Below the pieces are notes generated by a model. It searched no databases and was not told the origin of the DNA. It saw nothing but the letters and a program-made list of their open reading frames with translations. From Candidatus Woesearchaeota archaeon (lineage in GTDB: Archaea > Nanobdellota > Nanobdellia > UBA10117 > ARS21), in contig JAYPKL010000002.1 of NCBI GenBank assembly GCA_038128845.1, positions 5,604 to 69,603 on the forward strand: 64,000 nt of DNA, written 5' to 3'. Positions 57,091 to 64,000 of this stretch are shown one piece after another (position 1 is the stretch's first letter; the number at the start of each line of letters is the position of its first letter). A program made the position numbers and the translations under genes.

Positions 57091-59061
57091 TTATTTTCTC
57101 TTTTTTGACGCTTTATTGTTTGACTTTTGAACCATTTTGTATTCTCTTATTCCAATGTAAGCCATTGCTATAATTAACAATGCTAATACTGGGTTTGATT
57201 CGCTTTGTCTATTTGAAGATCCGCCAAATAGAGATCTTATACCTGTTTGAGGTAAGTTCATTTCTAAATTTTTAGATAATACTGTTTTTCCATTTTGATT
57301 TATATCTAAAGTCAATGAATTTGATTCTTGTGCATTTTCACCAGGCATTACAAATACGTCGAATGATGTTGTTGCACCAGGTTGTAATGTAACTGAAGTT
57401 GGATTTACTATTGCAGTACCCCAGTTAAATTCATCAACTGCTAAATCATATTTAACAGCAATATCTTTTCTGTTTGTTAACGAAAGAGTATATTTTGTTT
57501 GTGATCCAGATTTACCTTCTTCGGAAGTTTTACCTGTAATCATAATGTCCGAATTATCGGATCTGTCATTTCCGCAATCTAAATTAAATGTCTCACTTAA
57601 TTCTGATCCGTCTTTGTTTGAATTTGAATTTCCATCATGTTTAGAAGTAAGGACAATTGAATAAAGTCCATCTGCAGTATTTTGAGGTAATTCTAATTCT
57701 ATTTCTAATTTTTCTGTATCTTCTGAATCAATTGAATCATTAAAGTAATGCCATTCAGATATATCTAATTCCGAAATCTTTACTCTAACATATATATCGT
57801 CGTCTTCATCCAAATCTGATGTACCAATGTTAGTTAAATCAACAACTAAAGTCGGATTTGAAGTACATGAATCTAATAATTTAAATCCAGTTGGAATTAC
57901 ATGTCTAGAATCTCTATCTACATTAAATGTTTCATAATGTCTATTGGATATTTCGTCACCATCATTCGGATCATCTGAAGATATTTCACCTGTAACAATA
58001 ACTTCAACAATATAATCGCCAGATTCTGCATCGTATGGTACTTGGAATTCGATATCAAAATTATCTGTATCTTTATCTTCTTCTAAATCGAAACTTTCAG
58101 AATATTCTTCTTCAATTATATCATCTCCATCAGATACTCGGTAAACATTATATTCAACAGTTATATCTTCGATACTTTCATCTTTATCTGAATATTTATT
58201 GTCTATATTTATATCTGAAATTCGGATATAATCTCCCGGATATGTATCTTTATCATCATTTGTTATATCTTCTAATTCAAAGTTTAATTCCAATTCATCA
58301 TTATGCGATTCAGGTAAAACAAATAATTCTAAAGTTCCGGTAGATTTATTTATTCCATTTGCAGAATATGTTAAAATTCCATTATACTTTCCAAATTCTG
58401 TTGAAGCGTTAGTTGAATAATTAATAGATATATTATTTTCAGAACCTGCATTAATTGTAAATGTAGTCTCATTCGCCAATCCTGTTAAATTTAATTCATT
58501 ATTTTTATTTAAAATTAATTCTGTATCCAATATTGTTACATTATAATTTAAATTACCAGTATTATTGAATTTTAAAATTGCATTTTCGCTTGTACTTGGT
58601 TTTTTTATTTCTAATGTATTATCAAAAAAATTAGTATTTAATGTATCATCAGTATCTACAGTGATTGATAATAAGTGAATATACTCGTCTGCACCATTAG
58701 ATTGATTTTCATAAGTTAAAGTATAATTATATTCTCCTGGGGCAGTATGTTCAGAAATATTAAAAATATATGTTAAATTTTTTTCGTTATTTGTAGAATT
58801 TAATTCAAAATCATAATCGTTTAAAGTTAAAAAATTTGCATTTGTTGGATAACTAATATCAACTGGATCAAATTCTATACTACCAGAAGTAGCATTAAAT
58901 GTAGCATTAAATGTAAAATTATATTCTTTTCCGTGATTTAAAATTGTGGAATTTGGATCTGTTCCTGATAAAGAAAAATTATTTTGAACGGATGCGCCCA
59001 AAACAGCAGTTATACTTAGTAATACTAAAAAGGTTAAAATTGAATTTTTTATTATTTTCAT
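57091..59061 (-). CDS. Putative S-layer protein (Ig-like domains, many N-x-S/T sequons, C-terminal TM)
   Basis: Signal peptide; F.VPYDA..GDY and N.G motifs; acidic; middle region resembles the 55787 gene. Confidence 0.75.
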   Translation of the reverse strand: MKIIKNSILTFLVLLSITAVLGASVQNNFSLSGTDPNSTILNHGKEYNFTFNATFNATSGSIEFDPVDISYPTNANFLTLNDYDFELNSTNNEKNLTYIFNISEHTAPGEYNYTLTYENQSNGADEYIHLLSITVDTDDTLNTNFFDNTLEIKKPSTSENAILKFNNTGNLNYNVTILDTELILNKNNELNLTGLANETTFTINAGSENNISINYSTNASTEFGKYNGILTYSANGINKSTGTLELFVLPESHNDELELNFELEDITNDDKDTYPGDYIRISDINIDNKYSDKDESIEDITVEYNVYRVSDGDDIIEEEYSESFDLEEDKDTDNFDIEFQVPYDAESGDYIVEVIVTGEISSDDPNDGDEISNRHYETFNVDRDSRHVIPTGFKLLDSCTSNPTLVVDLTNIGTSDLDEDDDIYVRVKISELDISEWHYFNDSIDSEDTEKLEIELELPQNTADGLYSIVLTSKHDGNSNSNKDGSELSETFNLDCGNDRSDNSDIMITGKTSEEGKSGSQTKYTLSLTNRKDIAVKYDLAVDEFNWGTAIVNPTSVTLQPGATTSFDVFVMPGENAQESNSLTLDINQNGKTVLSKNLEMNLPQTGIRSLFGGSSNRQSESNPVLALLIIAMAYIGIREYKMVQKSNNKASKKRK

Positions 59062-59168
59062 ATCTAGAGTTCCTCTAATTTTTTACCTCTGTCGAGTAAC
59101 ACTTAAAAAGAGTTTGAAAATTCAATTCGATAATTTTATAAATAAAATCTAAATGAACTAATCATTAC

Positions 59169-59243
59169 GGGTCCGTAGCTCAGTCTGGATAGAGCGACAG
59201 CCTTCTAAGCTGTAGGTCGCGGGTTCGAATCCTGTCGGACCCG
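59169..59243 (+). tRNA. tRNA-Arg(UCU), intronless, CCA not encoded
   Basis: Acceptor stem GGGTCCG/CGGACCC, anticodon arm ACAGC-CTTCTAA-GCTGT and T-loop TTCGAAT. Confidence 0.97.
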
Positions 59244-59284
59244 TATTTTACTAAGAGTTAAAAACTTTAATTAATTATTTTTTT

Positions 59285-61714
59285 ATGAATAAATTTACAA
59301 AAATAGAAAAAAAGTGGCAAAAAATTTGGTCTGATGAAAAATGTTTTGAAAGCAAAAAAAATAAAAAACCAAAATTTTACAATTTAGAAATGTTTCCTTA
59401 TCCTTCGGGTACGGGATTACATACAGGTCATGCAAGAAATTTTACAATTGGAGATTCATTATCAAGATATAAAAGATTGAAGGGTTTTAATGTTCTTTAT
59501 CCGATGGGTTGGGATTCTTTTGGATTGCCTTCAGAAAATGAAGCAATAAAGCGTGGTGTTCATCCAACAAAAAGTATTGCTCAAAATATTAAAACATTCA
59601 AAAAACAGATGAGTGCATTAGGTTTAAGTTATGATTGGAATAGAGAAGTTACAACACATCATCCAGATTATTATAAATGGAATCAATGGTTATTTTTACA
59701 ATTATACAAAAATGGACTTGCTTATCAAAAAGAAAGTTTAGGTAATTGGTGTCCAAGTTGTAAAACAACACTGGCAAATGAAGATGTAAAAGATGGTGAA
59801 TGTTGGAGATGTGATTCGGAAGTTGAGCAAAAACAAATTAAACAATGGTTTTTCAAAATAACTGAATTCTCGGAAGATCTTCTAAAGGGTTTAGATAAAA
59901 TAAATTGGTCGAATCATCTTAAGACTTTACAAAAAAATTGGATTGGAAAAAGCGAAGGAGTAGAAATAAATTTTAAATTAGAAAATAATGAAAAATTAAA
60001 TGTATATACTACTCGTCCAGATACCATTTATGGTGCAACATTTTTAGTTTTGGCTCCAGAACATGAATTAGTTAAAAATCTAATTAAAAAGAATAAACTT
60101 GAAGAATATAAAAAATTCAAAAATAAAGTATCTAAACAAAACGAAAGAGACAGAATATCTAAAGAAAAAATTGGAATGTTTACGGGAAGTTATGCAATTA
60201 ATCCCATAACTAATGAAAAAATACCTATTTACTTAGCAAATTTTGTACTATTAGGTTATGGTACGGGTGCAATAATGTCCGTTCCAGGACATGATAAAAG
60301 AGATTTTGAATTTGCAAAAAAGTATAATTTGAAAGTAAAATATGTTATTGATGGAGAAAATAATGCCGGTGTAATTAATGGTGACGGTACAATAATTAAT
60401 TCGGATAAATATAACGGATTATCATCAATTGAATTTAAAAAACAAATAACTGATTTTATTTTGAAAAATAAACTAGGAAAAATAAGAAAAAACTACCGGA
60501 TTCGTGATTGGAATGTTTCTAGACAGAGGTATTGGGGTACTCCCATTCCTATAATTCATTGTGATGATTGTGGTATTGTCGAAGTTCCGGAAAAAGATTT
60601 ACCTGTTGAATTACCAAAAAAAGTTGATTATAATAAACCTGCAAGATCGCCGCTAGACACTAATTTAAATTTTGTAAACGTAAAATGTCCAATTTGTAAA
60701 TCTAAAGCAAAAAGAGAAACTGATACAATGACCACTTTTGTTGATTCTGCATGGTACTTCTTGAGATACACAGATCCAAAAAATAATTCTAAAATATTTG
60801 ATAAAAATAAAACAAACTATTGGATGCCAGTTGATCAATATATCGGAGGAATAGAACATGCAGTCGGACATTTATTATATTCAAGGTTTATAACAAAATT
60901 TTTGAAAAAAATTGGATATCTTAATTTTGATGAGCCTTTTACTAATTTATTAAATCAGGGAATGGTTCTTAAGGACGGTTCAAAAATGTCTAAATCTAAA
61001 GGCAATGTTGTTGATCCTCTTGAAATGATTTCAAAATACGGTTCAGATTCTCTGAGAACATATTTGTTGTTTATTGCGGCACCAGAATCTCCATTTGAGT
61101 GGTCAGATAAAGATATACAAGGAGTAAATAAATTTTTATTAAAAATATTAAATATACCAAAATTAAAACTTAATAAAAACATGAATGAATTTATGAATTC
61201 TTTAACCTCAAAAAAAATAGATGAAATCGAAAAACATTATGATAATAAAGAATTTAATCGAGTAATAATATCGCTTATGGATTTTTTTAATTTTATTGAA
61301 AAATATCCTTCAAAATATTCAATCAATTCATTTTTATCGATGTTATATCCTATTGCACCGCACATTTCTGAAGAAATTAATGAAAAATTAGGAAATAAAA
61401 AAATAATTGGAAAAAGTAATTGGCCTAAAATTAAATATAAATTTAATAAATCGGATTATGAAAAAGGAATGCAAGTTGAAAAATTAGTTTCAGACATTAA
61501 TAATATTGAAAAATTAGTTGATAAAAAAATAAAAAAAGTTTATCTCTACGTAATTCCGCCTGAACTTAAACAATACTCTGATTTAAAAAATATTTTAGAA
61601 AATAGGTTGAATAAAAATTTCATAATTGAGTCTATTTCTTCAAAAGATCTATATGATCCTGAGAATAAATCAAAAAGAGCTAAATTTGGAAAACCTGCAA
61701 TTTATGTTGAATAA
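59285..61714 (+). CDS. leuS: Leucyl-tRNA synthetase, bacterial-type core
   Basis: MFPYPSG.LHTGH, MGWDSFGLP.EN, TTRPDT, SRQRYWG, YIGGIEHA and KMSKS. Confidence 0.96.
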   Translation: MNKFTKIEKKWQKIWSDEKCFESKKNKKPKFYNLEMFPYPSGTGLHTGHARNFTIGDSLSRYKRLKGFNVLYPMGWDSFGLPSENEAIKRGVHPTKSIAQNIKTFKKQMSALGLSYDWNREVTTHHPDYYKWNQWLFLQLYKNGLAYQKESLGNWCPSCKTTLANEDVKDGECWRCDSEVEQKQIKQWFFKITEFSEDLLKGLDKINWSNHLKTLQKNWIGKSEGVEINFKLENNEKLNVYTTRPDTIYGATFLVLAPEHELVKNLIKKNKLEEYKKFKNKVSKQNERDRISKEKIGMFTGSYAINPITNEKIPIYLANFVLLGYGTGAIMSVPGHDKRDFEFAKKYNLKVKYVIDGENNAGVINGDGTIINSDKYNGLSSIEFKKQITDFILKNKLGKIRKNYRIRDWNVSRQRYWGTPIPIIHCDDCGIVEVPEKDLPVELPKKVDYNKPARSPLDTNLNFVNVKCPICKSKAKRETDTMTTFVDSAWYFLRYTDPKNNSKIFDKNKTNYWMPVDQYIGGIEHAVGHLLYSRFITKFLKKIGYLNFDEPFTNLLNQGMVLKDGSKMSKSKGNVVDPLEMISKYGSDSLRTYLLFIAAPESPFEWSDKDIQGVNKFLLKILNIPKLKLNKNMNEFMNSLTSKKIDEIEKHYDNKEFNRVIISLMDFFNFIEKYPSKYSINSFLSMLYPIAPHISEEINEKLGNKKIIGKSNWPKIKYKFNKSDYEKGMQVEKLVSDINNIEKLVDKKIKKVYLYVIPPELKQYSDLKNILENRLNKNFIIESISSKDLYDPENKSKRAKFGKPAIYVE

Positions 61715-61765
61715 CTACTTTATAATTACAACTTATGATTTTATAGTATAATTTGGAAAATATAT

Positions 61766-62683
61766 ATGATAAAATCTTACAAAATATTAAAGTCAGGTCT
61801 CAAAAGAATTGAAACTGGTTCTGCTGACTGGATTCATTTAGATAATGGTAAATTAGTAGATTTTAGTCAAATAAGTAAATACAAAATAAAAAAACCAGAT
61901 TTTAAGGCAGCAATAGATAAATATGAGCGAGCAAGAATTGTTCGTAGAGAAAATTATATTATGATTGTATTAAACTTGCCTTCAGATGAAGCTAATTTGT
62001 CAATGGGAATTTATATCTTCAAAGATAAAATTATTACAATTCACGAAGAAAAATGTAAATTTTTGTCTGAAATAATAAATCATCCCGAAAATATAACTTC
62101 TCTAAACGTATTGCTCGTTAGATTAATTAAGGAAGTTTCAGACCTTTATGTTTCAAAAATAACCCAATTAGAAGATCAAATACTAACTCTTGAGGAGAAG
62201 GTTAATAGATCAACTTCTAGAAGTAATTTAAACAAAATATTCAGATTAAGAAAGGAACTTGTATTTCTGATAAAAGGAATAAGTGGTAATAGAGATGTTA
62301 TATATAATCTACAAAATTCTACAAGAGAAATTGGATTAACTAAACTTCAGTCACTGGAATTATCTGAATTACATACTGAACACATGCAAATTTATGATAC
62401 AATGACAATTTTTAGAGAAATACTGAGTAATAGTTTAGAAATTTATAATTCAAATCTATCTATTGAAATGAATAGAATTATACAGCGATTAACTATTGTT
62501 GGTTCATTTATATTGCTGCCAACTCTAATAGCAAGTATCTATGGTATGAACTTCAGACCAGAATCTTCAATATATAATATGCCGGAATTAACATGGAAAT
62601 ATGGTTATTTCTTTTCTTTGGGATTAATGTTTTTTTCAATTTTGGTAACTTATATGTACCTTAAGAAAAAGAAACTGGTATAA
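61766..62683 (+). CDS. corA: CorA-family Mg2+ transporter
   Basis: PTLIASIYGMNF and MPELTWKYGY. Confidence 0.93.
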   Translation: MIKSYKILKSGLKRIETGSADWIHLDNGKLVDFSQISKYKIKKPDFKAAIDKYERARIVRRENYIMIVLNLPSDEANLSMGIYIFKDKIITIHEEKCKFLSEIINHPENITSLNVLLVRLIKEVSDLYVSKITQLEDQILTLEEKVNRSTSRSNLNKIFRLRKELVFLIKGISGNRDVIYNLQNSTREIGLTKLQSLELSELHTEHMQIYDTMTIFREILSNSLEIYNSNLSIEMNRIIQRLTIVGSFILLPTLIASIYGMNFRPESSIYNMPELTWKYGYFFSLGLMFFSILVTYMYLKKKKLV

Positions 62684-63197
62684 AATCTTCATATTTCTTT
62701 AAATGATTTTTTACTATTGACATTGATCCACCGGTATTTATACCAGTATTTACCTTATACTTATTGAACCTAGGTTCATATATAAACTCATAAATAAAGT
62801 GATGAATATAATCAACAAATTTACCTTTATTTGTAAAAGTATCATTTCTGTCTGTAAGAAGAGACGAGTCAATTGTTACAACAATATTTCCTTGATAAAG
62901 TGTTTTTAATTTACCTTCATTATTTTTTGCAGTTATTTTTTTACATCGTCTTGCTTTGATTTCAACATCAAATTTTGATTGAAAGTAATTGTCAATATTT
63001 TTCGCAAAATGAATTTTTGCATCCATTTTTATTCCCTTAGGTGTTTGAATTTCTAATAAATCTTCGTTTTTAAAAATATGATAACCTTGTTGCTTTGACC
63101 AAAATTTGAAAGATTCAATTAATTCGTTTAAATCAAATTTAGTATCTTTGAAAATAACTTTATTTCCTCTACCGATTTTATTATCTTTTCCTGGCAT
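62661..63197 (-). CDS. Hypothetical protein
   Basis: 178-aa ORF; no confident family. Confidence 0.6.
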   Translation of the reverse strand: MPGKDNKIGRGNKVIFKDTKFDLNELIESFKFWSKQQGYHIFKNEDLLEIQTPKGIKMDAKIHFAKNIDNYFQSKFDVEIKARRCKKITAKNNEGKLKTLYQGNIVVTIDSSLLTDRNDTFTNKGKFVDYIHHFIYEFIYEPRFNKYKVNTGINTGGSMSIVKNHLKKYEDFIPVSFS

Positions 63198-63216
63198 AAT
63201 ATTAGTTTATATAATT

Positions 63217-63999
63217 CTATTTAAATTTTGAGATTAAATCTTTTATCTTGATTTTTTCAGATTTTCCTGTTTTTATATTTTTTAAAGATAAATTATTTGA
63301 TTTAATTTCTTCATCTCCAATTATTAATACATATTCAAAATTATTTTTATTAGCATAATTAATTGAAGATTTTATATTTTTTGACTTCAAATTATATGAT
63401 GTTTTAATTCCGTTTCTTCTTAATTCACGTATGATAGAATTTGCTTCATTATTTAAATCGATTACAAATATTTTTTTATCAAAATCTGGATTTAGTTTTA
63501 TTATTTCGGCAATTCTTGTTATTCCTACTGAAATTCCTACTCCCGTTATATCTTTATTGGAAATTCCTTTTATCAAATTGTTGTATCTTCCACCTCCTCC
63601 GATACTTAAACCTTTTCCGGAATCAATTTCCCAAACATTTCCGGTATAATAATCCAAACCTCTTGCTAAACTTAAATCAAAAACAACATTAATTTCATTA
63701 ATTTTTATTTCATTTAATTTTTTAATTAATGAATCAAATTCCTCAAGATTTATACCTAAATTTAAGTTTTCTAATTTTTTATTTACTGATTTAAAATCTC
63801 CTTTTATTTTTATTATATCAAAAAGTTTTTTTTCTTTTATACCAATTTTTTTTAATTCGGAAATTACTCCGGTATATCCAATTTTATCTAATTTATCAAT
63901 TGATCTAAAAATAGTAACAAATTGTGATTTTTGAATATTTAAATTTTTGAATATTTTTTCCATTATGGCTCTATTGTTTATTCTAAATGTTGGACTTAA
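63217..63999 (-). CDS. hisS: Histidyl-tRNA synthetase, 3' part (truncated by window end)
   Basis: RINNR, IDKLDK, LARGLDYYTG, GGGRY, GVGISVG and the anticodon-binding domain. Confidence 0.95.
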   Translation of the reverse strand, partial: LSPTFRINNRAIMEKIFKNLNIQKSQFVTIFRSIDKLDKIGYTGVISELKKIGIKEKKLFDIIKIKGDFKSVNKKLENLNLGINLEEFDSLIKKLNEIKINEINVVFDLSLARGLDYYTGNVWEIDSGKGLSIGGGGRYNNLIKGISNKDITGVGISVGITRIAEIIKLNPDFDKKIFVIDLNNEANSIIRELRRNGIKTSYNLKSKNIKSSINYANKNNFEYVLIIGDEEIKSNNLSLKNIKTGKSEKIKIKDLISKFK

Positions 64000-64000
64000 A

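Noticed and set aside
59169..59243. tRNA-Arg as an integration site or an intron-containing tRNA
   Set aside because: No integrase and no duplicated tRNA 3' end noticed; the cloverleaf is contiguous
3495..63692. Many antisense or alternate-frame track ORFs (e.g. 3495, 15632, 17928, 19395, 20826, 26302, 30018, 33377, 45993, 49492, 55947, 60955, 63431)
   Set aside because: They lie within or largely overlap well-supported genes, have no motifs, and are best explained as shadow ORFs

Overview
Very AT-rich, gene-dense chromosomal segment of a small-genome archaeon, most likely DPANN/Nanobdellota (Woesearchaeota-like). The evidence is archaeal information-processing genes, compact proteins, and TAATG/ATGA gene overlaps. 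Housekeeping genes: valS, aRF1, aIF5A, L40e, aIF2-gamma, tyrS, gltX, L7Ae-S28e-L24e, the Pop5-proteasome-SBDS-exosome superoperon with rpoK and rps2, L15e, glyS, endA, rnz, tRNA-Arg(UCU), leuS and hisS. Accessory blocks: an amino-acid catabolism cluster (arginase family, ArcE-like arginine synthetase, aminotransferase, permease, TldD/E, GDH with an in-frame TGA), an Fe-S mini-operon, B12-dependent NrdJ with PduO, a run of orphan ORFs around a DUF2779 nuclease, and three S-layer-like genes. Highlights: (1) a light island in which a compact DSA-type xenorhodopsin sits between a class II CPD photolyase and an FeS-less (6-4) photolyase around one shared TATA element; (2) a 130-aa protein that looks like exactly one half of eukaryotic deoxyhypusine hydroxylase; (3) a GluRS lacking its anticodon-binding domains; (4) a pore-less voltage-sensor-like protein; (5) features missed by the ORF track, namely a 59-aa histone, L40e, several micro-ORFs and the L7Ae 5'-UTR K-turn. 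No CRISPR array, rRNA or clear mobile element was seen. All family calls come from motif recognition by eye, not database searches.
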